DNA of 34,829 bases from Flavobacterium sp. (lineage in GTDB: Bacteria > Bacteroidota > Bacteroidia > Flavobacteriales > Flavobacteriaceae): positions 1 to 34,829 of the forward strand of contig JADMKR010000070.1 of NCBI GenBank assembly GCA_015478765.1, written 5' to 3'. Every line of letters starts with the position of its first letter. Position 1 is the stretch's first letter. Both the position numbers and the translations under genes were made by a program. The notes beneath the pieces were generated by a model, which was not told the origin of the DNA, did no database searches, and saw only the letters and a program-made list of their open reading frames with translations. This document shows positions 19,001 to 27,779 of this stretch, piece after piece.

Positions 19001-20386
19001 AACATACCAAGCGGCTGTCGACGGCTGATTAACTCGCAATCCAAAGTAATAAGTTCCGGTAGTTGTTGGAACGAAAGTACGTCGCATTTCTACGTAAGGC
19101 TGAATGACTTGTGCAGGTCCGGTTGGCGAACTGCCAGGAACATTGTAAGACGCTCCAAGCTGTGTGGCTCCTGTTGCAGATGCAGAAGTGTTATAGAACA
19201 TGTCCACAACCCAGCCCGTGTAATTGTCACCTTGTACAAACGTAGAAAAATCATATGATGTTCCCGCCTGGAGTTCAAATGCAGGGGTCCACATATATTC
19301 ATCAAGTGCGTTCCAAGAATTTCGCAGGTAATTCGCACCTGAACGTGGTGTATTATAGGTCGTACCGCTGTTAGAAGCCCAGTCGCCATTCTCTTCCGTC
19401 CAGCAAGGAGGGAAACTGTTCGTTCCAACCGTAGCCAAACCATCAAAATTTTCCGACCAAGGCAGCGTTGTTATGGCTACGCAAGGAGTAGTAAAGGTTG
19501 TGGTTACCCAAATCGATTCATCATCGGTTCCACAAACCGCTCTTAAGTAGGCGACATAATCAGTTGCCGGCGAAACTGCAACATCAATTGCTTCAGCTGC
19601 CGACACTATGGTTCCCGAAGTTGGCGCTGGTGATGATGCAGGTACAACTGCATATTCCCAACTTGTTTCGGCACCACCTGCAGTCCAGCTAAGATCTACG
19701 TCGAACGCAGTTACATTTGCAGATGCAAACGCAGTTGGAGCCGGACAACTAACAGTAAAATCGAAACCTATTAAAGGTCTTCTGTAGTTACTTGAACCTA
19801 GTGTTGCCGGAACAGTAGCAGTAATGTTGTTTGAGTATTTTGTTGTGTTGTTATTACCTGTATCGATACAAGGATTTGTATACTCATAATTCCAGGTCAT
19901 AGAGGTGCTGGCTTCCAAATTTCTGTACTCGGTGAACATCGCTAAGTTTTGCGTACCCGAATAAGTGAAATTTGTAGAAAAAGGAAAGCTTTTCCAACCG
20001 GCTGTCGAACCAGTGGGACCAGCGGGGTTACCTTCATACACGAGGGTTGCGCCAGCGGTGGCAGTTGCCCAATCCAAAGCACCCGCGCCCCAATCAGTTG
20101 ACGGAACTTCCATTAAATAGATGCGGAGATTGGGATTACCGCTCATGCTTCCGGTGGCCGTCACTCTACTGAAGTAAATCGACGTGAGTTCCTGCCCAAT
20201 AATCCCGGTCAACTGCGATACCGGATAGATAATCGCTGTCCTGCTCGTCGCATTGGCAGTCGCCACGCTATACATCGGACCGTAGGTATTTGTTCCGAGA
20301 GGGATGGAGCATTCAGGCGTCGTAAAAATCTGACCGTAAGAGAAACCACTTACGAGCAGCAATAACGCTAAAGTAAAATTCTTCAT
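16010..20386 (-). CDS. T9SS type A-secreted modular adhesin-like protein 2 (3 FN3, 2 cleaved-adhesin/choice-of-anchor-J-like sandwiches, 3+1 Cys-rich repeats, CTD); 1458 aa
   Basis: Start reassigned to ATG 20386 (MKNFTLALLLLVSGFSYGQ); LPWxENFD...YVAFDDF twice; C-terminal YYPNPVKDVL...LPSGTYIVK...KVVKQ. Confidence 0.9.
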   Translation of the reverse strand: MKNFTLALLLLVSGFSYGQIFTTPECSIPLGTNTYGPMYSVATANATSRTAIIYPVSQLTGIIGQELTSIYFSRVTATGSMSGNPNLRIYLMEVPSTDWGAGALDWATATAGATLVYEGNPAGPTGSTAGWKSFPFSTNFTYSGTQNLAMFTEYRNLEASTSMTWNYEYTNPCIDTGNNNTTKYSNNITATVPATLGSSNYRRPLIGFDFTVSCPAPTAFASANVTAFDVDLSWTAGGAETSWEYAVVPASSPAPTSGTIVSAAEAIDVAVSPATDYVAYLRAVCGTDDESIWVTTTFTTPCVAITTLPWSENFDGLATVGTNSFPPCWTEENGDWASNSGTTYNTPRSGANYLRNSWNALDEYMWTPAFELQAGTSYDFSTFVQGDNYTGWVVDMFYNTSASATGATQLGASYNVPGSSPTGPAQVIQPYVEMRRTFVPTTTGTYYFGLRVNQPSTAAWYVAFDDFVLELTPDCAAPTELEATNITDDSANLEWTEAGDATEWNIEYGITGFTPGAGTIVNNVTSPHFIDGLDGNTSYSFYVQSDCGDSESAWAGPMLFTTLCAPITTLPWTENFDALTGLGTNTFPPCWSKENGDWSTSSATTYNTAYSGSNYLRIYYLATDEYMWTPGFDLEAGTSYDLSTFVQGDNHTGWVVDMFYNTDQTSTGATQLGAGYTIPGTGSTAIVSYNEMRRTFVPTTSGVYYFAVRVNSTNTASWYVAFDDFSLQLTPDCAVPSSLTSTSVTSTSAVLGWTDSNSGSSWDIEYGPAGFTPGTGTVITVTTNPYTLTGLTPETAYEFYVQSECAGTVSDWSAVSAFTTLAVPPANDNCDAAVSLTVNPDLLCGSVTSGTTVGATESMAATPCYGNPDDDVWFSFVATATAHQIVISNVVAVTGTSTDMYMQILSGACGTLTSVQCSDPNTMDTTGLTVGNTYYVRVYSYYATARQTFNICVGTPPPPPPPPANDNCDAAVSLTVNPDYLCGAVTAGTTGGATESMAATPCSGNPDDDVWFSFVATATAHRIAISDVVNVSGTSTDMYMQLLSGACGTLTSVQCSDPNTMNSTGLTVGSTYYVRVYTFGTTSRTNFNICVGTEPPPQPAPVNDNCDGAVSLTVNPDYLCGVVTAGTTAGATESMAATPCSGNPDDDVWFSFVATNTAHRIALSNVVAFTGTSTDMYMQILSGTCGTLTSVQCSDPNTMNVSGLTVGSTYYVRVYTFSTTSRTNFNICVGTPPPPPSNDDCANATALTAGGVYADNVVDASSAGATTSSEPTPTTCFGFSGGDVWFTAVVPASGSLTIETGNPTVGTGVDTVITAYSGTCGALTQISCDDDGAATGAYSLLTVSGQVPGSTIYVRVYEYGNDNEGPFAISAYDSSLSTDTFTIDAFDYYPNPVKDVLRVKHSGIISAISVFNVLGQQVIIQNINATESSVDMSALPSGTYIVKATADGVSKTFKVVKQ
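16685..17920 (-). repeat. Three intragenic tandem repeats, period 414 bp (138 aa)
   Basis: NDNC Cys codons at 17897, 17483 and 17069 (414 bp apart); shared GATESMAATPC, GNPDDDVWFSFVAT, GTLTSVQCSDPNTM and FNICVGT. Confidence 0.95.
18191..19747 (-). repeat. Two intragenic FN3 + beta-sandwich repeats (~258-261 aa period)
   Basis: Unit-start Cys codons at 19745, 18962 and 18188; shared FPPCW..ENGDW, DEYMWTP, STFVQGDN.TGWVVDMFYNT and EMRRTFVPTT. Confidence 0.92.
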
Positions 20387-20414
20387 AAGATTTTGCATAT
20401 AATTTGTTAATATG

Positions 20415-20445
20415 TAAATATAAACCATATAATAGAGCAGTGCAA
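20415..20445 (-). promoter_or_regulatory. Candidate promoter of T9SS gene 2
   Basis: - strand TTG-N20-TATATTTA (one mismatch to TAnnTTTG). Confidence 0.5.
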
Positions 20446-20576
20446 TTGGCAATAATTTTTTAGTGCATGTTTATAAGATTAACAAAATAGACGCGTCATT
20501 AACAGAATTTATATTCAATACCTGCAGAAATCTTTTACAAATCACATAAAAAATGATTGATAGCGCATTTTAACAA

Positions 20577-20607
20577 TAAAAAATCCGGAACATGTCCGGA
20601 TTTTTTA
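20577..20607 (-). terminator. Intrinsic terminator of fabV
   Basis: TAAAAAATCCGGA-ACATG-TCCGGATTTTTTA, perfect 13-bp inverted repeat. Confidence 0.88.
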
Positions 20608-20621
20608 CTGAGTTTATTGGA

Positions 20622-21815
20622 TTATTCGCTAATACTTGGTATCGGCACTTGTTCATCGGTGTCCTTTTCATAATCGACACCCTCGACATCGAACCCAAAT
20701 AAATTGTAAAAATCCTTCCGATAACCTTCGAGATCGGCGATTTCGGAGAGATTATCAGAATTGGCCTGCTCCCACAGTTCGGCCACCCGGCGTTGAACAT
20801 CTTCCCGCATTTCCAGATCGTCGATCCGGATACGTCCCTTTTCATCTACAGGGATTTCACCACCGGTAAAAAGGCGTTCCTGATACAAGCGCTGAATTTG
20901 CTCGATGCATCCCTCATGCAAGCCTTTTGCTTTCATAGTTTGATACAGAAGTGAAATGTAGAGTGGGATAACCGGAATGGCAGAACTGGCCTGTGTCACA
21001 AGCGCTTTGTTTACAGATACATATGCTTTCCCATTTAAATCTTTTAATTTTTCGGCAATCTCAAATGCAGTCGCTTCGAGATGATCCTTGGCCTTGCCAA
21101 TGGTGCCATTTCGATAAACAGCTTCCGTCAACGATGATCCAATATAAGAATAGGCGACCGTCATTGCTCCATCGGCCAATAAGTTTTCACTCTTAAGCGC
21201 ATCGATCCACATCGACCAATCTTCACCCCCCATCACGATTACAGTATTTTCGATATCGTCATCGGCACTGGGCTGAATCGATATTTCCGAAACCTTCCCC
21301 GTATGGAAATCAACTGTGTTGTTGGTAAAGACCTGGCCTATAGGCTTTAGAACCGAACGGTGCGTGACGCCTGTTTTCGGATGCGTACGGACCGGTGAAG
21401 CCAAACTGTAGATAATCAGATCGACTTGTCCGAGATCCGTTTTGATCAATTCGATGACCTGTTGTTTGATCTCATCTGAAAAAGCATCGCCATTGATACT
21501 TTTGGCATACAAACCGGCGTCATGTGCTTCCTTTTCAAAGGCGGCTGTGTTATACCAGCCGGGCGACGCTGTCTTGCCTTCTGCAGGTGGTTTTTCAAAG
21601 AACACACCTACAGTGGCTGCGTCCGATCCGAAGGCGCTGGTAATTCTCGAAGCAAGTCCAAAACCGGTGGATGCACCAATGACGAGCACCTTTTTGGCAC
21701 CGTCTATTTTTCCTTTCGATTTAACGTATTCTATTTGATTTTTTACATTCTGCGCTGCACCATCGGGATGGGCGGTCAGGCAGATAAAGCCTCTCATTCT
21801 GGGTTCAATTATCAT
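20622..21815 (-). CDS. fabV: Enoyl-ACP reductase FabV (trans-2-enoyl-CoA reductase family)
   Basis: MIIEPRMRGFICLTAHP, GASTGFGLASRI, YSLASP, Y-x8-K (YRNGTIGKAK), HEGCIEQ. Confidence 0.95.
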   Translation of the reverse strand: MIIEPRMRGFICLTAHPDGAAQNVKNQIEYVKSKGKIDGAKKVLVIGASTGFGLASRITSAFGSDAATVGVFFEKPPAEGKTASPGWYNTAAFEKEAHDAGLYAKSINGDAFSDEIKQQVIELIKTDLGQVDLIIYSLASPVRTHPKTGVTHRSVLKPIGQVFTNNTVDFHTGKVSEISIQPSADDDIENTVIVMGGEDWSMWIDALKSENLLADGAMTVAYSYIGSSLTEAVYRNGTIGKAKDHLEATAFEIAEKLKDLNGKAYVSVNKALVTQASSAIPVIPLYISLLYQTMKAKGLHEGCIEQIQRLYQERLFTGGEIPVDEKGRIRIDDLEMREDVQRRVAELWEQANSDNLSEIADLEGYRKDFYNLFGFDVEGVDYEKDTDEQVPIPSISE

Positions 21816-21842
21816 CCTATTCTAAATTTTGATGTTCTTTAA

Positions 21843-21850
21843 CAAATATA
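21843..21850 (-). promoter_or_regulatory. -7 promoter element for fabV
   Basis: TATATTTG on - strand; TTG 19 nt upstream (CAA 21870-72 on +). Confidence 0.65.
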
Positions 21851-21860
21851 CCGCGATTAT

Positions 21861-23513
21861 TTAATCCAACAACGCTTTTGCATGATTTATGGCGGAATCG
21901 GTAATTACAGAACCCGACAGCATTTGCGCAATTTCATCAACCCTCTCCTGCCGGCTAAGCAGCTTTAATTCCGAATTGGTCTGATCATCAGTAACCGATT
22001 TATACACCTTATAATGAACTTTCCCTTTGGCCGCGATCTGAGGTAAGTGCGTGATGGCGAATACCTGCATTCCAGCGCTCATGCTTTTCATGATGTCACC
22101 CATCTTATTAGCGATTTCGCCTGAAACACCAGTGTCTATTTCGTCGAAAATAATCGTCGGTAATTTTGAATACTGCGCCAGTATCGATTTCACCGCCAGC
22201 ATAATCCGCGACATTTCGCCGCCTGAAGCGACTTTTTTAAGCTGCCCGAAATCAGACCCTTTATTGGCCGAAAATAAAAACTCAATATCATCAAGCCCGT
22301 TTTTATTCAGGACTTCGGTTTTATTAATTCGTATGCCAAACCGTGCGTTAGGCATCCCCAATTCGGACAAAATACCAATAAGTTGCTCCGATAAAATAGG
22401 GACCGCTAATGTGCGGCGTTCACTTATCGATGCTGCCAGCTTATGTAAGTGCTGCAGTTGCTTTGCGATCGCCACCGATAATGCTTCAATTTCTTCATCT
22501 ATCAAAAAAGCAGAATTACTTTTGCCTTCCAATTCGTTTTTCACCTGCAGCAACTCTTCGACTGTATTTACCTGATGTTTTTTTTGCAGGTTATAGATAG
22601 TTTGCAACTTTTGGTTGACCACTTCTAGTTGCATCGGATCGGCGGCCAGCGAATCTGACATGCGGGATGTTTCTTCAAAAATATCGTCCAGTTCAATTGC
22701 TGCGCTCACTATTCGATCGTGCAGCGGCTGAAATTCAACTGACAATCCGGCGAGTTTCTGCATCGCATTCCGCACCTCGCGCAGGTTCACCGATATTCCG
22801 TACTGTTCATCATTGGCCAAAGCCAGCACTTTAGCTATCTGCTCGCCAATCGACTCGACATTGCTCAGCAGTCCAAAACTGCGCTCAAGCTCCTGCTGCT
22901 CTCCGGCTTGCAAATTTGCCGATGCCAGTTCCTCCAACAGAAAATTGTTGTAGTCGTTCTCTGAACCAATAGTGCGAGCTTCTTCCTGCAGTTGCAAAAG
23001 TTGTCGCTGACTCTGTTTAAGTTTTGTATACGCTGATCGATATTCGGCTAGTAGTTCTGCATTTTGGGCGAGTGCATCAATAATGGCAAACTGAAATTCC
23101 TCTTCTGACAGCTCACGGGTTTGATGCTGTGAATGGACATCGATCAGAAAATTTCCCAGTTGTTGCAGTTCCTGCAGATTTACCGGACTATCATTGATGA
23201 AAGCGCGCGACTTTCCCGAAGGAAGGATTTCGCGCCGAATGATGGTTTCAGGGTCGTGATCGAGATCATTCTGACTGAAAAAGTCTTCCAGGTTGTAGTC
23301 ACCTATGCGGAAATGGGCTTCCACTATGCATTTTTGTTGCTTGTTCTTCAGCGCCGATAAATCAGCTCTTTTGCCAAGCACCAGTCCCAATGCGCCCAAT
23401 AAAATTGATTTTCCGGCGCCCGTTTCACCGGTTATTATAGAAAATCCATCGGAAAAATCAATCGACAGTTTATCGATCAAAGCGAAATTTTCGATGGAAA
23501 GTGAGGTTATCAT
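21861..23513 (-). CDS. recN: DNA repair protein RecN
   Basis: ITGETGAGKS Walker A, coiled coil, ASGGEMSR signature, IFDEIDTG, ITHLPQIAA. Confidence 0.96.
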   Translation of the reverse strand: MITSLSIENFALIDKLSIDFSDGFSIITGETGAGKSILLGALGLVLGKRADLSALKNKQQKCIVEAHFRIGDYNLEDFFSQNDLDHDPETIIRREILPSGKSRAFINDSPVNLQELQQLGNFLIDVHSQHQTRELSEEEFQFAIIDALAQNAELLAEYRSAYTKLKQSQRQLLQLQEEARTIGSENDYNNFLLEELASANLQAGEQQELERSFGLLSNVESIGEQIAKVLALANDEQYGISVNLREVRNAMQKLAGLSVEFQPLHDRIVSAAIELDDIFEETSRMSDSLAADPMQLEVVNQKLQTIYNLQKKHQVNTVEELLQVKNELEGKSNSAFLIDEEIEALSVAIAKQLQHLHKLAASISERRTLAVPILSEQLIGILSELGMPNARFGIRINKTEVLNKNGLDDIEFLFSANKGSDFGQLKKVASGGEMSRIMLAVKSILAQYSKLPTIIFDEIDTGVSGEIANKMGDIMKSMSAGMQVFAITHLPQIAAKGKVHYKVYKSVTDDQTNSELKLLSRQERVDEIAQMLSGSVITDSAINHAKALLD

Positions 23514-23536
23514 TTAGTAAGGATTTCTGTCTACGC

Positions 23537-24424
23537 TTAAAATCGAATTTGCGACCACTTGGATGAATTCAACGGAGAAATGCGATTGAGATTATCTACC
23601 AAATCGGTAATCGGAACGCTCGGTCCGCCTGAAAATATGGAGACGATTTCATCCGATTTTGCATCAAAAAACACACGTGACAAAAAGGAATTAGGCCTGA
23701 CATTATTGATTTCCGAGAGCACAACCAGCGAATTCTTTATGTTTTCTTTCGCAGCGGTTAAATCCTGGGCCATCATGTCAAGTCCGGCAAAATGATATTG
23801 ATACATAGCGTCGCGGAAAGGATAAAATGTTTGCGACAACATATCCGTGATTAAAAAATAGCGTGTCTGATTTCCGTCGGCCTGATTCCAGCCCTTGAAG
23901 CCACTTTGCTGTGCCACGATCATGATCTCGCGCGCCATATCCAGATAGCCGCTTCCGCCACCCGGCGAAAACGTATCGGCATCCATGCCCAACATGACAA
24001 AACTGTAAAATGAAATGACCGACACTAAATTCGATTCGAATGCCGTCGGGTTGTAATTCAGATTCTGGAATTCGGTATACGAAAAGTTGAAGTTAAGGTC
24101 ATTGAAATTCAAAATGGGCGACGAATAGGTGGAATTGTACACCGGACGCGCCGACTGCACCTGAATGCTCGCCGTAAACTGGTTGCCGTTCATCTCGGTA
24201 ATATTGATGAACATTGAACAGTTGATCTTTTCATTTTGCGAGACTGCCTCACCCGACCAATCGGTTCGGTTCACAAAATCATTGAGCGATGTTTCCAGCG
24301 TTTTAAATATCTGGTTGTTGGTCGCCCCAACCCTATCTGCATTGACAACTACCGTGCAATTGAGCTGTTGCGCATTTACGGTAATAAATGCCAGCATTGC
24401 AATCAACGTGAATATTTTATGCAT
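23537..24424 (-). CDS. porD: DUF4835 family protein (T9SS component PorD)
   Basis: Signal peptide then QQLNCTV, QSARPVYNSTY, GMDADTF, FFDAKSDE; position between coaBC and recN. Confidence 0.8.
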   Translation of the reverse strand: MHKIFTLIAMLAFITVNAQQLNCTVVVNADRVGATNNQIFKTLETSLNDFVNRTDWSGEAVSQNEKINCSMFINITEMNGNQFTASIQVQSARPVYNSTYSSPILNFNDLNFNFSYTEFQNLNYNPTAFESNLVSVISFYSFVMLGMDADTFSPGGGSGYLDMAREIMIVAQQSGFKGWNQADGNQTRYFLITDMLSQTFYPFRDAMYQYHFAGLDMMAQDLTAAKENIKNSLVVLSEINNVRPNSFLSRVFFDAKSDEIVSIFSGGPSVPITDLVDNLNRISPLNSSKWSQIRF

Positions 24425-25625
24425 AATGTATAATTACTTTGTTTATAATGTCGGCAGCCACGTCTTCCTTCGATTTCAGCGTCATTGACTCCGAATTAAA
24501 ATCCTTATCGATGAATGTGACTTTATTGGTATCGCCTCCAAATCCGGCACCCGAATCATTCAGCGAATTCAACACGATCAAATCTAAGTTTTTTTTCCGG
24601 ATTTTATTCTGCGCATTTTCAATTTCGTTTTCAGTTTCCAACGCAAAACCGATCAAAAACTGATCTTTTTTCAGACTGCCAAGCGATGCGAGAATGTCTT
24701 TAGTTTTCTCCAGCTCCAGAACGATATCGGATTCCTGCTTTTTAATTTTCTGACTTTTAGCGCTTTTCGGCCTGTAATCGGCTACCGCGGCGGCAGCTAT
24801 TGCAACGTCACATTCGCTGAAATATTGGTGACAGGCTTCAAACATTTCTTCGGCTGTCTGTAATCTGATAAGTTGGATCAGAGAATTATCAATCTGCAAG
24901 TGCGTGGGACCGGAAATCAGAATCACTTCCGCACCATTCTGCGCAGCGCATTTTGCAATTTCGAATCCCATTTTTCCCGATGAATGGTTTCCTATGAACC
25001 GCACCGGATCGATAGCTTCATACGTTGGACCTGCCGTTATCATGATCTTTTTTCCACGCAGTAGCAATTTGGCGATCAAATCTCGTTCGATAAAATCAAG
25101 GATGTTTTCAGGCTCTGCCATCCGGCCTTCGCCTGACAAACCGCTGGCAAGTTCGCCGCTTTCTGCCGGTATCATTTTATTGCCAAACTGCTGGAGGAGC
25201 TCCAGGCTTGAAAGGGTTGTGGGATGTTTATACATGTCGAGATCCATGGCCGGGGCAAAATAAACCGGACATTTGGCCGACAAATAACATGCAATCAGCA
25301 AATTATCGCAGTTGCCGTTGGCCATTTTGGATAATGTATTGGCAGTCGCCGGAGCCACCAGCATCAAATCGGCCCACAAGCCTAATTCGACATGGTTGTT
25401 CCACTGCGCTTCGTCGTTTTCCTGATCGTAAAAATTGGAATAGACGGGATTTTTTGAAAGTGTTGCAAGTGTTAACGGCGTGACAAAATCCTTCGAAGCC
25501 GGTGTCATGACCACTTGGACATGCGCACCGGCTTTGATAAGAAGTCGAACTAAAGCGGCTGTTTTATACGCAGCTATCCCGCCTGAGACACCTAATAAAA
25601 CTTTCTTTCCGCTTAGGACTGACAT
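24417..25625 (-). CDS. coaBC: Phosphopantothenoylcysteine decarboxylase/synthetase
   Basis: Start reassigned to ATG 25625; GGIAAYK, APATAN, PAMDLDM, TAGPTYEAIDPVRFIGNHSSGKMG, AAAVADY, GFALET. Confidence 0.96.
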   Translation of the reverse strand: MSVLSGKKVLLGVSGGIAAYKTAALVRLLIKAGAHVQVVMTPASKDFVTPLTLATLSKNPVYSNFYDQENDEAQWNNHVELGLWADLMLVAPATANTLSKMANGNCDNLLIACYLSAKCPVYFAPAMDLDMYKHPTTLSSLELLQQFGNKMIPAESGELASGLSGEGRMAEPENILDFIERDLIAKLLLRGKKIMITAGPTYEAIDPVRFIGNHSSGKMGFEIAKCAAQNGAEVILISGPTHLQIDNSLIQLIRLQTAEEMFEACHQYFSECDVAIAAAAVADYRPKSAKSQKIKKQESDIVLELEKTKDILASLGSLKKDQFLIGFALETENEIENAQNKIRKKNLDLIVLNSLNDSGAGFGGDTNKVTFIDKDFNSESMTLKSKEDVAADIINKVIIHYA

Positions 25626-25629
25626 CGGA

Positions 25630-25947
25630 CTATTTGTTGGCGTCCCTGTGATAGATTTTATCATCAAGCCATTCCTGAACCGCTAATGCGTGTGGCTTTG
25701 GTAGTTTTTCGTAGAATTTAGAAACCTCGATTTGCTCTTTGTTTTCAAAGATTTCCTCAAGAGAATCATTGTAAGTTGCAAACTCTTCGAGTTTTTCGGT
25801 CAATTCTTTTTTAATTTCAGAATTGATCTGGTTTGCTCTTTTAGCCATAATCGTTATCGCCTCGTAAACGTTGCCCGTTGGCTCCTCAATTACATTTTTG
25901 TTATAGGTAATTGTGTTCACAGGTGCATTTGTTTTCTTTAAATCCAT
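25630..25947 (-). CDS. rpoZ: RNA polymerase omega subunit (Bacteroidota type)
   Basis: TGNVYEAITIMAKRANQI, EQIEVSKFYEKLPKP; bamD-rpoZ-coaBC order. Confidence 0.9.
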   Translation of the reverse strand: MDLKKTNAPVNTITYNKNVIEEPTGNVYEAITIMAKRANQINSEIKKELTEKLEEFATYNDSLEEIFENKEQIEVSKFYEKLPKPHALAVQEWLDDKIYHRDANK

Positions 25948-25949
25948 GA

Positions 25950-26762
25950 TTATAGTTGTTTAGAGTATTGTTGTAATTCAATTTCGATGGTAGCAAGCTT
26001 GGCATCGACTTCTGCCTTATATTTTGTATCAGGTTTGAATTTCATCAGCGTGGCATACGCCGATTTTGCCTGATTTAATCGATCCTCCCGTTTGCTTTCA
26101 ACGCTGTTCATCGCTTGCAGATAAGCGGAGTCAAATTTGTAATAAAGCGCTTCTTCTTTATATTTTGTTCCCGGATAGTCTATCAGGAAATTGTCAAGAG
26201 CTACCATGGCCGGACCGTAAGAGCGGTTGTACTCGCCCACCGTATGATAATTTCGGGCAACTTCATACGCTTTCCGCTCAAGCTTATCCTGCAGTGACTG
26301 CATGATGGTATTGGCCTCTCCAAGATATTGGGAATTTGGAAACCGGTCGATGAACGCCTGCAATTTATCAATCGCTTTGTACGTATCAATCTGATCCAGC
26401 GTATAGACGGGTGATTTCATCGAAAAGCTTTTCGCTGCCAGAAATGCTGCTTCCTGTACGTACTCGCTACGCGGATAATTGCCCACGAAACTTTCGAACT
26501 GATAACCTGATAAGTAATACTGCTCGGTTTTATAATACGACTGTGCAAACATGTAGAACATTTTTTCAGCCTGAGGTTTCCCACGGTAAGCCGACGCCAT
26601 CTGCTCGAACAGCCTTATCGCTTTGCTGTACTTTCCTTTCTCGTACATTTTTTCGGCCGATGCGTACTTTACAGCCAGATCATCCGACTTCAATGCCGTT
26701 TGATATTCACTGCAGGAGACAAAAACGAGTGAAAGTAAAATTATGGTAAAAAAATTCTTCAT
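25950..26762 (-). CDS. bamD: Outer membrane protein assembly factor BamD (lipoprotein)
   Basis: FVSC lipobox, TPR-like helices, SPVYTLDQ, FIDRFPNS, DYPGTKYKEEA. Confidence 0.9.
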   Translation of the reverse strand: MKNFFTIILLSLVFVSCSEYQTALKSDDLAVKYASAEKMYEKGKYSKAIRLFEQMASAYRGKPQAEKMFYMFAQSYYKTEQYYLSGYQFESFVGNYPRSEYVQEAAFLAAKSFSMKSPVYTLDQIDTYKAIDKLQAFIDRFPNSQYLGEANTIMQSLQDKLERKAYEVARNYHTVGEYNRSYGPAMVALDNFLIDYPGTKYKEEALYYKFDSAYLQAMNSVESKREDRLNQAKSAYATLMKFKPDTKYKAEVDAKLATIEIELQQYSKQL

Positions 26763-26830
26763 TTAAAATTGCTGGGTTTGTTGATTTTCAAGGCGTTTGC
26801 GAATATAAATACTACCCGAATATCTGCGGG

Positions 26831-26860
26831 CAAATTTAGTCATTAATTTAGTACTACAAA
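26831..26860 (-). promoter_or_regulatory. Promoter for the bamD-rpoZ-coaBC-porD-recN operon
   Basis: - strand TTTG-N18-TAAATTTG; both elements match the Bacteroidota consensus. Confidence 0.75.
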
Positions 26861-26893
26861 ATATTTTGATTACATAATGCGGGCAGCCAATTA

Positions 26894-27778
26894 TTACTGC
26901 TTCGAATATTCACTGACAAATTTTCCAATCCGCTCCGCCAAATTCTCATCCACATTCACAAGTGGTAACCGCACTGTATTCCCACTGAGTCCCATTGCTT
27001 TAAAAACCTCTTTGATTCCCGGCGGATTGCCCTGCTCGAACGCCATGTCAATCGCATCGGCAATTTTGTAATGCAACGCATATGCTTCATCAACCTTGCG
27101 CTCCAATCCAAGGCGGACCATATCGGAAAACAAACGTGGAAAACCTTCGGCAATAACCGAAATCACACCGCTGCCGCCGGCAAGGACCATTGGCAGAGTA
27201 ATCATATCGTCGCCTGAAATTACCAAAAAACCTTCGGGCTTGTGCTGAATCAGCTTCATTGCCTGAACAATGTCGCCCGCGGCTTCTTTGATCCCGATGA
27301 TATTTTTAAAATCGGATGCCAGTCGCAACACTGTTGCCGGAAGCATATTGCTTGCCGTCCGACCCGGAACATTATATAAAATCACCGGCAATGGCGCCGC
27401 TTCGGCAATCGCTTTGAAATGTTGATAAATTCCCTCCTGGGTTGGTTTGTTGTAATACGGTGATACTGATAGGATGGCCGAAAAAGCAGATAGATCCCTG
27501 GATTGCATCTCGTCGATAATACTTCGGGTATCGTTTCCTCCAATACCGATAACCATCGGAAGCCGGTTATTATTAGCCGAAATCACGGTATCGATCACCA
27601 GTTGCTTTTCGGATTCGTTCAAGGTGGCATTTTCGGCAGTTGTGCCCATTACGACCAAATAATCAATGCCGTTGTTTATTTGATGTTCGACTATGCGGAC
27701 AAGCGCTTCGACATCGACTGAAAAATCTGATTTAAACGGCGTGACAAGTGCGACTCCGGTTCCAATTAGTGATTGCAT
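26894..27778 (-). CDS. dapA: 4-hydroxy-tetrahydrodipicolinate synthase
   Basis: [39 protein letters not shown]. Confidence 0.96.
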   Translation of the reverse strand: MQSLIGTGVALVTPFKSDFSVDVEALVRIVEHQINNGIDYLVVMGTTAENATLNESEKQLVIDTVISANNNRLPMVIGIGGNDTRSIIDEMQSRDLSAFSAILSVSPYYNKPTQEGIYQHFKAIAEAAPLPVILYNVPGRTASNMLPATVLRLASDFKNIIGIKEAAGDIVQAMKLIQHKPEGFLVISGDDMITLPMVLAGGSGVISVIAEGFPRLFSDMVRLGLERKVDEAYALHYKIADAIDMAFEQGNPPGIKEVFKAMGLSGNTVRLPLVNVDENLAERIGKFVSEYSKQ

Positions 27779-27779
27779 A

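Noticed and set aside
12202-20386. GT2 as a dedicated glycosylase for the adjacent T9SS proteins
   Set aside because: GT2 has its own promoter, is separated by a terminator and is coupled to coaE; D-(S/T)-x sequons in Thr/Ser-rich proteins are expected by chance.
22051-22575. 174-aa + strand ORF and the other short antisense ORFs in the track
   Set aside because: They lie opposite or within well-supported conserved genes (here recN) and show no independent motifs.
26825-26885. TGCGGGCA direct repeat (26825-32, 26878-85) around the bamD promoter
   Set aside because: Only two 8-bp copies 53 bp apart with no further structure; could be chance.
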